From Longimicrobiales bacterium (GTDB lineage: Bacteria > Gemmatimonadota > Gemmatimonadetes > Longimicrobiales > Gaopeijiaceae), in contig OZ242008.1 of NCBI GenBank assembly GCA_965204735.1, forward strand, positions 1,408,001 through 1,472,000: a stretch of 64,000 nt of DNA, read 5' to 3'. Shown piece by piece: positions 10,527-19,786 of this stretch. A program made the translations under genes and the position numbers. Each line of letters starts with the position of its first letter. The first letter of the stretch is position 1. The notes beneath the pieces are model-generated. The model made no database searches, had not been told where the DNA came from, and saw nothing but the letters and a program-made list of their open reading frames with translations.

Positions 10527-11707
10527 CGACCTTCCCCCGCCCGGCCCGCCTCGCGACCCTTCTTGCGCTCCTGGCCGCCTCTCCGGCTCCGGCAGCCTCC
10601 CAGTCCCTCCTGGGGTTCCGCGCCCTGGGAGTCCCGGTCGGCGCCGTAGGAAGCAGGACCGCGACCGTGGGCAACCTGGGCATCGGACTCGCCGGGGTGG
10701 AAGTCTCGGCCACCGATCCGTCGGCCTCGGCCAGGGTCGCCTTCCCGACCGTCAGCGTCTCCATGCAGCCTGCTTGGGGCGAGTTCGAGCTGGAAGACCA
10801 GAGCGGCACGACCAACACGACCCGATTTCCGTTGATCGGCATCGCCTACCCGGTCGCGGCGGCCGGCGGGGCGGCGACTTTGGCGCTGGCGGGATACATG
10901 GAGCAGCGCTGGGTCGGCGAGGTGCCGAGGACGACCGTGCTGCAGGACGAGGAGGTGGAAGTGGCCGACCGCTTCGAGAGCGACGGCGGCATGTCCACGG
11001 CGCGGATCGGATGGGCGCAGCGCATCGGCAGCCGTCTGGCGGTGGGCGTGTCGGCGGGAGCCTACTTGGGACGACTGGATCGCGTCTTCGACCGCACCCT
11101 CGACTCTCTGGCGGTGGGCGAGGAAGCCGAGTCCTTCGGTCGAACGGGCTCGTGGCGCTACAGCGGCGCGACGGTTTCCGTCGGATTCAGCGCCGATCCG
11201 CATCGGCTGATTCATGTGGCCGGCGCCGTCGAATGGTCGGGGGAGCTCAAGGCCACGCCGCGCAACGACACCGACGACGAAGCCCTGACCTACTCCGTCC
11301 CCATGCGGTTCCTCGCCGGGGCCACGGGCCGTCTCACTCCGCGCCTCCACTTCAACGCGTCCCTTGCCTTCCAGGACTGGTCGCAGGCCGCCGGCTTCGA
11401 GGACGGGACCACCGCTTCGCGCAAGGTCGGCTGGGGCGCGGGGCTGGAGTGGACGGCCGTGGAGGGAGAGACGCGAAGCTTTCCCTTGCGCCTGGGGTAC
11501 CGCCGCTTGGCGCCGCCCTTCCGCTTCGCCTCGGACGATCCGCTGGAGGTCGCTTGGTCGGCGGGCATAGGGCTGAACCTGAATCAAGCCGGCGGGGTGC
11601 GGTTCGGCTGGATCGACTTGGGCGTCGAGCGGGCCGACCGGTCCAGCGCCCCTCTTGTCGAGCGCTTCTGGCGGGCGACGATCTCCGTCGGCGTCTCGCG
11701 CCTCTAG
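10523..11707 (+). CDS. Outer-membrane beta-barrel protein (FadL/OmpP1-like)
   Basis: Signal peptide (PAASQS), alternating beta-strand pattern, C-terminal WRATISVGVS. Confidence 0.6.
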   Translation: MTTFPRPARLATLLALLAASPAPAASQSLLGFRALGVPVGAVGSRTATVGNLGIGLAGVEVSATDPSASARVAFPTVSVSMQPAWGEFELEDQSGTTNTTRFPLIGIAYPVAAAGGAATLALAGYMEQRWVGEVPRTTVLQDEEVEVADRFESDGGMSTARIGWAQRIGSRLAVGVSAGAYLGRLDRVFDRTLDSLAVGEEAESFGRTGSWRYSGATVSVGFSADPHRLIHVAGAVEWSGELKATPRNDTDDEALTYSVPMRFLAGATGRLTPRLHFNASLAFQDWSQAAGFEDGTTASRKVGWGAGLEWTAVEGETRSFPLRLGYRRLAPPFRFASDDPLEVAWSAGIGLNLNQAGGVRFGWIDLGVERADRSSAPLVERFWRATISVGVSRL

Positions 11708-11745
11708 CTGGGCCGACGCAGCTCCCAAGGGCGAGGCGCGCCGCC

Positions 11746-13158
11746 GTGCGAGTGCACTACAAGACGTTCGGCTGCAAGACCAACCAATACGACACGGAGC
11801 GGATGCGCCAGCTTCTGGAGACCGAGTGCGGCGCAACCGAGTCCCTGGAGCTGGAGTCCGCCGAGCTCTGCGTGGTGAACACGTGCACGGTCACCAACCG
11901 CGCAGACGTCGACGCGCGCCGGTTCGTCCGCCGGGCCGCCCGTCGCAACCCGGGCGCGCGGGTCGTGGTGGCGGGCTGCTCGGCTGCGCTCAAGGGCGCG
12001 GCGTACCGGGCGATGGACGAAGTGGCGGAAGTGGTCGAGGGACACGAGCCCGCGAAGGTGCTGGAAGCGGTGGTCGCGGCGGGAAGGGCCGGTTCGGCCG
12101 GTTCTCCAGGCTCGGTCGCTTCGGCCGACGGGTGCGGCGTCGGCGGCTCGGGCGACCGCCGGCCGCGCCGCCGCCTACCGCAGCTGGGCGTTCGCCTTCC
12201 CCTCGACCGGACTCCCTGGGAGGGCGTGGGCGCCGCTCTTCTCCGGCGGCGCGCCGGGGCCACGCGGGGCTGGCTCAAGGTCCAGGACGGATGCGACCGC
12301 AGATGCTCCTTCTGCGCCACACGCCTGGCCAGGGGCCGCAGCCGCAGCCGGGACCCGGTCACCGTGACGAAGGAGGCCCGGGTCATGGCCCGAGGCCATC
12401 CCGAGCTGGTGATCACCGGGGTCCACATCGGCCACTACGGACGGGACCTGGACCCGCGCCTGAACTTGACGGCCCTGGTCCGGCGCCTCCTGGAGGAGGT
12501 GCCCGACGTCCGCTTCCGCCTGGGCAGCATCGAAGCCACGGAGATCGACGACGAGATGGTGCGCCTCCTGGCGGAGTCCGGCGGACGCTTGGCGCCGCAC
12601 CTGCACATGCCCCTCCAAAGCGGCGCCGACGCCGTGCTCCGAACGATGCGCCGCTGGCACACCCGGGACCAGTACCGCCGCCGTGCCGCGCAGATCGCCG
12701 AAGCCGTGTCGCCGCTGGGTCTGGGAGCCGACGTGATCACGGGCTTTCCGGGCGAGACGGACGCCGAGCACGCCGAGACCCGCGCCCTGGTAGAGGAGCT
12801 CCCGTTCACCTACCTCCACGTCTTCCCCTACTCGGTCCGCGACGGCACCGTCGCCGCCGCTCTCCCGGAGCGGGTCCCCCATCGCGTCTCCAAGGAGAGA
12901 AGCGACGAGCTCCGAGCGCTCGCTGCGGAGAAGGGAGCCCGGTACGCGGAGCACCGGGGCGGAGATCCCGCCGAAGTCGTCTTGGAGGGAACCAACGGGA
13001 CGGCGGTCACGGGCGACTACCTGCGGGTGAAGGTGCTCCACCCGTCTTCGGCCGAGCCGTTGGCGCTCCATCGCGGCCGGCTCACCTCCGACGGCGCCGC
13101 CGTCCGGCTCTCGGCGCCGACGGCTTCCGCATTGACGAAACCCCGCGCGCCACTCTGA
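11746..13158 (+). CDS. mtaB: tRNA t6A37 methylthiotransferase MtaB (radical SAM)
   Basis: TFGCKTNQYD, NTCTVT, KVQDGCDRRCSFC, HVFPYS. Confidence 0.88.
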   Translation: MRVHYKTFGCKTNQYDTERMRQLLETECGATESLELESAELCVVNTCTVTNRADVDARRFVRRAARRNPGARVVVAGCSAALKGAAYRAMDEVAEVVEGHEPAKVLEAVVAAGRAGSAGSPGSVASADGCGVGGSGDRRPRRRLPQLGVRLPLDRTPWEGVGAALLRRRAGATRGWLKVQDGCDRRCSFCATRLARGRSRSRDPVTVTKEARVMARGHPELVITGVHIGHYGRDLDPRLNLTALVRRLLEEVPDVRFRLGSIEATEIDDEMVRLLAESGGRLAPHLHMPLQSGADAVLRTMRRWHTRDQYRRRAAQIAEAVSPLGLGADVITGFPGETDAEHAETRALVEELPFTYLHVFPYSVRDGTVAAALPERVPHRVSKERSDELRALAAEKGARYAEHRGGDPAEVVLEGTNGTAVTGDYLRVKVLHPSSAEPLALHRGRLTSDGAAVRLSAPTASALTKPRAPL

Positions 13159-13167
13159 TTTCATCCC

Positions 13168-14652
13168 ATGAGCACTCGGCAGAAGCGGCGGTCGAGCCGC
13201 CCAAGAGAGGCGCAGGGCCGCCCCGGCACGACGTCGAAACGGCGAAGCCGGGCCTACGTCGAGACCTACGGCTGTCAGATGAACATCTCCGACGGGGAGC
13301 TCATGGAGGGCGTTCTGGAGTCGCACGGCTACGAGATCGTGGATTCGCCCGAGTCGGCCGACGTGGTGCTGGTCAACACCTGCGCGATCCGCGAGCACGC
13401 CGAACGGCGGGTCCTCGGACGGGTCGGCCAGCTCGGCGGCTTGAAGCGTCTGCGTCCGGAGATGGTCCTGGGCGTGACCGGATGCATGGCGCAGCGCATG
13501 GGCGAGGAGCTGCTGAACTCTGCCCCGCAGGTGGACCTGGTGATGGGACCCGACGGCTACCGGACCTTGGCCGCCGCTATCCGGAAGCTCCGTCCGACCG
13601 AAGCCGAGCCACGTGCGGCGCGGGCCCAGCTCGCCGAAGGGACCGGGCCGGGGACGGTTTCCGGCGAGGCGGCGCCCTCTCGCCGTCGGGGCGCGCCCGC
13701 CTCCCGCCGCCTGTCGGTTCTCGACCTCTCCCTCGACGAGAACTACCAGGGTCTGGAGCAGCGCCGCCGCTCCGCCGTGACGGCGTGGGTGCCCATCCAG
13801 CGCGGCTGCAACCACCGGTGCACGTTTTGCATCGTCCCGTACGTGCGAGGGTCCGAAAAGAACCGCGATCCGCAACACGTGCTGGCGGAAGTCCGACGCG
13901 TTGCCGCCGGCGGCGCCACTGAAGTCACCCTTCTAGGCCAGACCGTGAACTCCTACCGCCACGGCGAGTGGTCCTTCGCGCGCCTGTTGCGGGCGGTTGC
14001 TCGAACGCCGGGGGTGCGCAGGGTCCGCTTCACCTCGCCCCACCCCCGCGACGTGACCGAAGAGCTGGTGGAGGTCATGGCGGTGGAGGAGGCGGTCTGC
14101 GAACAGCTTCACATGCCCGTCCAGTCGGGCAGCAACCGCACTCTGAAGCGCATGGTCCGCCGCTACACCGCCGAGTCCTTCCTTGAGAAGATCGACATGG
14201 TGCGCTCGGCCGTGCCGGACGTGGCCCTCTCCACGGACGTGATCGCAGCGTTCCCGGGCGAGACGGAGAGCGAGTTCGAGGAGACCCTCGACCTTATGCG
14301 GACGGTCAGGTTCGACGATGCCTTCACGTACAAGTACAGTCCTCGGGCGGGCACTCCGGCGACTCGCTTGCCGCCGGATGACTTTGTTGCGCCCGATGTC
14401 GGCCAGGACCGGCTGGAGCGGCTGATTGCCGTCGCGCGCAAAGTCCAGGCGGAGATCAACCGGGGCGAAGTGGGCCGGACGGCCGAGCTGCTGCTCGAGC
14501 GGTCGGGTCGTCGCCGGGGCACCGTGTTGGGGCGCACCCGCAGGAACAAGGCCGTGGCCGTCCCGGGCGCCCGCGCCGACTTGGGCAAGTACGTGACGGC
14601 ACGCCTCGTCAGCACCACAGGCGCCACGTTCGTGGGAGAGGTGGTCGCATGA
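13168..14652 (+). CDS. miaB: tRNA i6A37 methylthiotransferase MiaB
   Basis: TYGCQMN, NTCAIRE, GCNHRCTFCIVP, LLGQTVNSY, FTSPHP, YSPRAGT, TRAM-like C-terminus. Confidence 0.95.
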   Translation: MSTRQKRRSSRPREAQGRPGTTSKRRSRAYVETYGCQMNISDGELMEGVLESHGYEIVDSPESADVVLVNTCAIREHAERRVLGRVGQLGGLKRLRPEMVLGVTGCMAQRMGEELLNSAPQVDLVMGPDGYRTLAAAIRKLRPTEAEPRAARAQLAEGTGPGTVSGEAAPSRRRGAPASRRLSVLDLSLDENYQGLEQRRRSAVTAWVPIQRGCNHRCTFCIVPYVRGSEKNRDPQHVLAEVRRVAAGGATEVTLLGQTVNSYRHGEWSFARLLRAVARTPGVRRVRFTSPHPRDVTEELVEVMAVEEAVCEQLHMPVQSGSNRTLKRMVRRYTAESFLEKIDMVRSAVPDVALSTDVIAAFPGETESEFEETLDLMRTVRFDDAFTYKYSPRAGTPATRLPPDDFVAPDVGQDRLERLIAVARKVQAEINRGEVGRTAELLLERSGRRRGTVLGRTRRNKAVAVPGARADLGKYVTARLVSTTGATFVGEVVA

Positions 14653-15992
14653 ACCGCGTGCCCGACGCCGACGGGACCACGAGGATGCCGCGCGTCCCGC
14701 CCGCCCGTTTTCCACTTCCGCGGGCGACCACCATCAACTTCTGGCTGTTCTGGGTGGTCGCTCTCCTGACCGTGGTCAGCCTGTCCGGCATCGAGAGATT
14801 TGTGGGCTTCAGCAGCCTGAACACCACAAGGTTCATCGCACTGGGTTGGATCGCGGTAGCCTTCACGGCCCGCGCGTCTCCGATGGGCTCCTTGGGCAAG
14901 CCGGGCGCACTGATCCTGGCGACGATCGCCCTGTACACCATCATTGGTACATCTGTATCGAGTTACAACGATGCCCACTTCGTCTTTGAGTGGAATCAGA
15001 AGTACAGATTGCTTGGCATGCTTGTCGTCGCAGCCACTGCCACAGGGGTTGTCGACGTTGCGTCGCGAATCGGCACGGATCGAGTGCTGCTGAGTGTTCT
15101 AGCGATCATGACAGTAGCCTGCCTGGGTATGCTGCTGAGCCCTTTAACGGTCTTTCTGGACTTGGACGTGCAACAGATGCTGGAGGGACGAATGCCAATG
15201 CGATCGGGTCGAGTTCGAGGCACGTTGATTGACGCGAATCACGGCGCCTTCGTCGCCTCTTTGACATTTGCGCTGGCTGGGACCATGATCATTTGGCGGG
15301 GCAGGTCCGCCTTGCCTCTCTTGGCGATATGCGTGGCCGTTGGCGCGTTGTTGCTTACCCTGTCGCGAACGGGCCTGGTCTTGTTGCTCGTGGTTATCGC
15401 AATGCTTCTCTACTTTGGACAGAGAGAACGAGGCGTTGCGGCTGTCGTGCCAAGCGCCCTGCTTGCCGCCGGCTTGATTGCCGGGGTCGTGTTGGTGATC
15501 AGCGCCGTGACTAGCTCGATGTGGCGGCCGTTGGCGGTGGGCCGCCTGACGACCTTTGAGACCGAGCGTTACTTGCTGTGGGGCCACGCTTGGTCTCTGA
15601 TCATTGAGTCTCCCTTGTTCGGACATGGGATCAACACGTTCCAAGAAATGGAAGGCGCGCCGCGCGTGTGCCGCTTGGCCGCGAGGGTTGCTTGCGGCGC
15701 CCACGTGCAGTTTCTGCTTTTTTGGGGGGAAGCGGGCGTGGCGCCGTTCTTGACGTTTGTGCTGTTCTTCGTCACAGCACTTGCGGCCTGCTGGCGGCCG
15801 CCCCGTTCCCTTCCTGCGACCGTTGCGTCTTGCTGGACGCTCTGTCTCGGCTTGTATTGCTTGACGGCCCACAACGTCTTCGTCCCTTCCAGCAACTACT
15901 TCATCGTCGGCGTCATCTGTGGCGTGCTTGCCTTGCACAAGAAGGCGAAGCAAGCCGCTAGCGACCTTTACCAGGACAAGCCCTTGGAGTGA
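14649..15992 (+). CDS. O-antigen ligase (Wzy_C)-family membrane protein
   Basis: Many TM helices; RVRGTLIDAN, LTLSRTG, PLFGHG, GAHVQFL; visibly less GC-rich than neighbours. Confidence 0.75.
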   Translation: MNRVPDADGTTRMPRVPPARFPLPRATTINFWLFWVVALLTVVSLSGIERFVGFSSLNTTRFIALGWIAVAFTARASPMGSLGKPGALILATIALYTIIGTSVSSYNDAHFVFEWNQKYRLLGMLVVAATATGVVDVASRIGTDRVLLSVLAIMTVACLGMLLSPLTVFLDLDVQQMLEGRMPMRSGRVRGTLIDANHGAFVASLTFALAGTMIIWRGRSALPLLAICVAVGALLLTLSRTGLVLLLVVIAMLLYFGQRERGVAAVVPSALLAAGLIAGVVLVISAVTSSMWRPLAVGRLTTFETERYLLWGHAWSLIIESPLFGHGINTFQEMEGAPRVCRLAARVACGAHVQFLLFWGEAGVAPFLTFVLFFVTALAACWRPPRSLPATVASCWTLCLGLYCLTAHNVFVPSSNYFIVGVICGVLALHKKAKQAASDLYQDKPLE

Positions 15993-18364
15993 GTCCTGCG
16001 CCGCCGGTCCTCCGGATCGCCGTGGGCTTCGCCGTCGGAGCGGCAGCGTCCACGGTCGTCGGACTTGGTCCGGCCGCCCTTCCTGTGCTGGCCACGGCGC
16101 TTCCCATCGCGCTATTGCGCGGTCTCAAGTCGCCGGCCCTTTCTCTGACGCTCTCCTTCACAGCCGGCGTTGGGTGGGCCGAGGCCGACGCCCGGACGCG
16201 TCAGCGTTGCGCCCCAGCCGTCGCCGACGGCGCACGGGCGGTCGTGGAGGGCTATTTCCTGCGGTCCAGCGCCGAAGGCGCGTCCACGCTGCATGTCGTG
16301 TCGGGCGTCGGGAGCCGATGCCGGGAGCCGACTCGGGTCTACTCTCGGACGGGCGCCCCCCCGGAGGGCGAACTTGTTGCAGTGGAGGGCCGGTGGCTCA
16401 CGACCCGGCGTGGAAACGGCGCCACGGCGGTGTACTTGAGCGCATCGTCGGTTCGCCGGGTCCAGGGCGGCGAAGTTCCGTGGCGGCATCGCTTCGCGGC
16501 CGCTGTTCGCAAGCGGGCGTCGGAAGCGCTCGAGGGGCGGCTCGGCGCCCAAGCCGGCGTGGCGGCGGCGCTGGTCCTGGCGGAGCGAGAAGGCATCCCG
16601 CAGGATCTGTGGAACGCCTTCGCCCGCTCGGGAAGCGCGCACCTCCTTTCGATCTCCGGCTTCCATGTGGGCGTCGTGGCGACGCTGCTGGGGTCCGTGC
16701 TCTCGGCAGCGGGCCGCCCGCCCAGGAGCCGGGCTCTTGGGACGGCGGCGGGGGTCTGGGCCTACGTGCTTCTGATCGGGGCGCCCACGTCGGCGACTCG
16801 GGCGGCGTGGATGGCCACTGCGTTCGTGCTGGGCAGGTTGCGCCGCACTCCCGCGCAAGCCCTGGGCGGCCTGGGCCTCTCGATGCTCATGATCGCCCTC
16901 TTGCGCCCCGCCGCGGCGTCCGGGGCCGGCTTCCAGCTCACCGTCACGGGGACTGCCGGCATACTCATCCTGTCCAAGTGGATCATGTCGGTCTGGCCCG
17001 CCCATCGGGGCCGCGGCTGGATTGCCCCGCCCATTGCGGCCGGCATCGGCGCTTCGGTCTTCACGGCGCCGGTGCTGGCGTACCACTTCGGGCAGGTTCC
17101 CCTTCTCTCCCTTCCGTCCTCGATCCTCCTCACGCCTCTTGTGGCCGCGGCCGTTCCCGGCGTGATCCTGACGATCCTGATGGACGTCTTGAACGTTCCT
17201 GGAGCCGCGGTCGCCGGGGCCGGATCGGAGGGGTTGCTCTACGCTGTCGTGACCGTGGCGTCGGCCCTTGGCGAGCTGCCGGGCACTACCTGGACAGCGA
17301 CGCCCCAGGAGGCCGCCCTCCTCACGATCGGCGGGCTGCTGCCCCTGGCGCTCCGGCGCGCCCCTTGGCGGGAGCGGCCCTGGGTCCGGTCCGCGGCCGT
17401 CGCGCTCTCGGCGTGGGCTGTCCTGTGGCTGGGCCAGGCGGCGCTCTCCCTGGGCGGTCGCGGCCGGGTCGAGATCGTGGCCATCGACGTAGGCCAGGGC
17501 GATGCAATCGCCGTCCGCACCCCCGCCGGACGGTGGGCGCTGGTGGACGCAGGACCTCGCTTCGGCGGCGCCGACGCCGGACTTTCCAGGGTGATTCCGT
17601 ACCTTCGAGCCAGGGGCGCCCGGCGACTCGAAGTGGTCGTCCTCTCCCACCCGGACGAGGACCACGCGGGCGGACTCGCTTCCGTGCTGGCCAACGTGCC
17701 TGTGGGCGCCGTGCTTGGCCCCGGATTCGGTGGCGGCCAAGCCGGCCACATGGCGGGGCTGAAGGAGGCGCGCCGAGCCGGCGTGCCGTGGCGCAGGGTC
17801 GCGGCGGGAGACGTGTGGCGGATAGACGGAGTTGCGTTCCACGTCTTGAGCCCCGCTCCGGAGGAGGCGGAGAGCGCCGCCGGCGAGCTTGCGCCGCCCG
17901 ACGGGGAACGCTCGCCGAACCGACGTCCGGGGGCCCAGCGGAAACGCCCGCCGAATCAGCGTCCCTTGCCCCAGCGGGAACGCACGCCCAACGACTGGTC
18001 CGTGGTGCTGCGCGTAAGCTGGGGCGACTTCGACGCCCTGCTCATGGGCGACGCCGACGACCGCATCGAGGCCGTCCTCTTGAACGATCCCGCCCTTCTC
18101 GGAGCGGGAGCGGTGGAGGTCTTGAAGGTGGGCCATCACGGGAGCGCCACGTCCACTTCCGACGAGTTCGTGGCCGCCATTTCCCCCCGGCACGCCTTGG
18201 TGTCCGCCGGCGCCCGCAACCGGTACGGGCACCCCGACCCGACGGTCCTTGCCCGCCTGGAGCGTTCTGGCGCGCGCATCCTGCGGACCGACCGCCAGGG
18301 CACGGTGTCGGTGGTCGGTCGGGCCGACGGCTCGTCGCGGGTCGGGGCCGGGCGAAGACCGTGA
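15989..18364 (+). CDS. comEC: DNA internalization competence protein ComEC/Rec2
   Basis: HLLSISGFHV, DVGQGDA, SHPDEDH, KVGHHGS, NRYGHP, RTDRQG. Confidence 0.92.
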   Translation: MSPAPPVLRIAVGFAVGAAASTVVGLGPAALPVLATALPIALLRGLKSPALSLTLSFTAGVGWAEADARTRQRCAPAVADGARAVVEGYFLRSSAEGASTLHVVSGVGSRCREPTRVYSRTGAPPEGELVAVEGRWLTTRRGNGATAVYLSASSVRRVQGGEVPWRHRFAAAVRKRASEALEGRLGAQAGVAAALVLAEREGIPQDLWNAFARSGSAHLLSISGFHVGVVATLLGSVLSAAGRPPRSRALGTAAGVWAYVLLIGAPTSATRAAWMATAFVLGRLRRTPAQALGGLGLSMLMIALLRPAAASGAGFQLTVTGTAGILILSKWIMSVWPAHRGRGWIAPPIAAGIGASVFTAPVLAYHFGQVPLLSLPSSILLTPLVAAAVPGVILTILMDVLNVPGAAVAGAGSEGLLYAVVTVASALGELPGTTWTATPQEAALLTIGGLLPLALRRAPWRERPWVRSAAVALSAWAVLWLGQAALSLGGRGRVEIVAIDVGQGDAIAVRTPAGRWALVDAGPRFGGADAGLSRVIPYLRARGARRLEVVVLSHPDEDHAGGLASVLANVPVGAVLGPGFGGGQAGHMAGLKEARRAGVPWRRVAAGDVWRIDGVAFHVLSPAPEEAESAAGELAPPDGERSPNRRPGAQRKRPPNQRPLPQRERTPNDWSVVLRVSWGDFDALLMGDADDRIEAVLLNDPALLGAGAVEVLKVGHHGSATSTSDEFVAAISPRHALVSAGARNRYGHPDPTVLARLERSGARILRTDRQGTVSVVGRADGSSRVGAGRRP

Positions 18365-18412
18365 CGGGCGACGACCGGCCCGCGCCGCCCCTCGCTCCGG
18401 GGCGGATCGTCG

Positions 18413-19786
18413 CTACTCGGCCTCCAGGTCCACCAGGGGCGCCGAGTACTCCCCCGAGAAGCAGGCGCTGCAGAACGGACCGCCCTCCGCCACGGCTTCC
18501 AGCATTCCGTCCAGCGACAGGTACCCCAGCGAATCCACCTTCAAGTCGTCGGCGATCTCGGGCACCGTGAGACGGGAGCCCACCAGCTCCTCCTTCGAGG
18601 GCATGTCGATCCCGTAGAAGCAGGGGAAGCGCACGGGGGGGCTGCCGATCCGCAAGTGCACCTCGGCCGCGCCCGCGCCTCGGATGAACTTGACCAGGCT
18701 GCGGGAAGTCGTGCCCCGCACCAGCGAGTCGTCCACCACCACGATCCGCTTCCCCGCCAGCACCTGCCGCACCGGGTTGTACTTGATCCGGGCGCCGAAG
18801 TCCCGATCCGCCTGGGACGGCCGGATGAAGGTGCGGCCCACGTAATGGTTCCGCAGGAGCCCGAGCTCGTAGGGAATTCCGCTCTGCTCGCTGTAGCCCA
18901 GGGCCGCCGAGTTGGCGCTGTCGGGAACGGCGATCACGCAGTCGGCCTCTGCCGGATGCTCCGTCGCCAGCTGCCGCCCGAAGGCCCGCCGAGCGCGGTC
19001 CACGCTCATGCTCCAAAGGTTGGAGTCGGGACGCGCGAAGTACACGAGCTCGAACACGCACGGGGCCGCCGCCTTCCGGTGCAGGCCTGGAAGCTGCTCC
19101 ACGCGGCCGTTCCTGAAGCGCAGGAGCTCGCCGGGCTCCACGTCCCGCGCGAACTCGGCGCCCATGATGTCCAGAGCGCATGTCTCGCTGGCGACCACGT
19201 GGCCTCCGCCGGGCAGCGTCCCCGTCACCAGCGGACGAAACCCGCGCGGATCCCGGACGGCGTACATGTCGTCGCCCACCGTCACGACCAGCGAGTACGC
19301 GCCTTCCAGGAAGTTGAGGGCGTCCCTCAGCTGGGCTTCGACGGACGGATGGCGCGAGCGCGCGATGAGATGCACGACCACTTCCGAGTCGGAGGAGCTT
19401 TGGAAGATCGCCCCGTCGGCCACGAGCCGCCGCTTGAGGAAGCGCGCGTTGGTGAGGTTGCCGTTGTGGACGATCGCCAGGTCGCCTTCCGAGTACCGCA
19501 CCACGATCGGCTGGGCGTTCGCCCGCCGCCCGCTTCCCGCCGTGGAGTAGCGCACGTGGCCCACCGCCGTGGGTCCGGCCAGAGACGCGATCCGGTCGGC
19601 GTCGAAGACGTCGGAGACCAGTCCAAGCTCCTTGTGCAGGCGGGCCCGCCCGTTCTGCACGGCGCATATCCCTGCGGCCTCCTGCCCCCGGTGCTGGAGC
19701 GCGTAGAGCCCGAGAAAAACCAGTTCGGCGGCGTTTTCGGCGCCGCTGACGCCGACGATCCCGCACTCCTCCCTTGGGCCGCTCAC
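18413..19786 (-). CDS. purF: Amidophosphoribosyltransferase
   Basis: [32 protein letters not shown]. Confidence 0.96.
   Translation of the reverse strand: MSGPREECGIVGVSGAENAAELVFLGLYALQHRGQEAAGICAVQNGRARLHKELGLVSDVFDADRIASLAGPTAVGHVRYSTAGSGRRANAQPIVVRYSEGDLAIVHNGNLTNARFLKRRLVADGAIFQSSSDSEVVVHLIARSRHPSVEAQLRDALNFLEGAYSLVVTVGDDMYAVRDPRGFRPLVTGTLPGGGHVVASETCALDIMGAEFARDVEPGELLRFRNGRVEQLPGLHRKAAAPCVFELVYFARPDSNLWSMSVDRARRAFGRQLATEHPAEADCVIAVPDSANSAALGYSEQSGIPYELGLLRNHYVGRTFIRPSQADRDFGARIKYNPVRQVLAGKRIVVVDDSLVRGTTSRSLVKFIRGAGAAEVHLRIGSPPVRFPCFYGIDMPSKEELVGSRLTVPEIADDLKVDSLGYLSLDGMLEAVAEGGPFCSACFSGEYSAPLVDLEAE

Noticed and set aside
11746..14652. mtaB/miaB as a recent duplication
   Set aside because: They are distinct methylthiotransferase subfamilies with different diagnostic motifs.
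18385..18405. Intrinsic terminator between comEC and purF
   Set aside because: 7-bp GC stem without a U tract; insufficient support.
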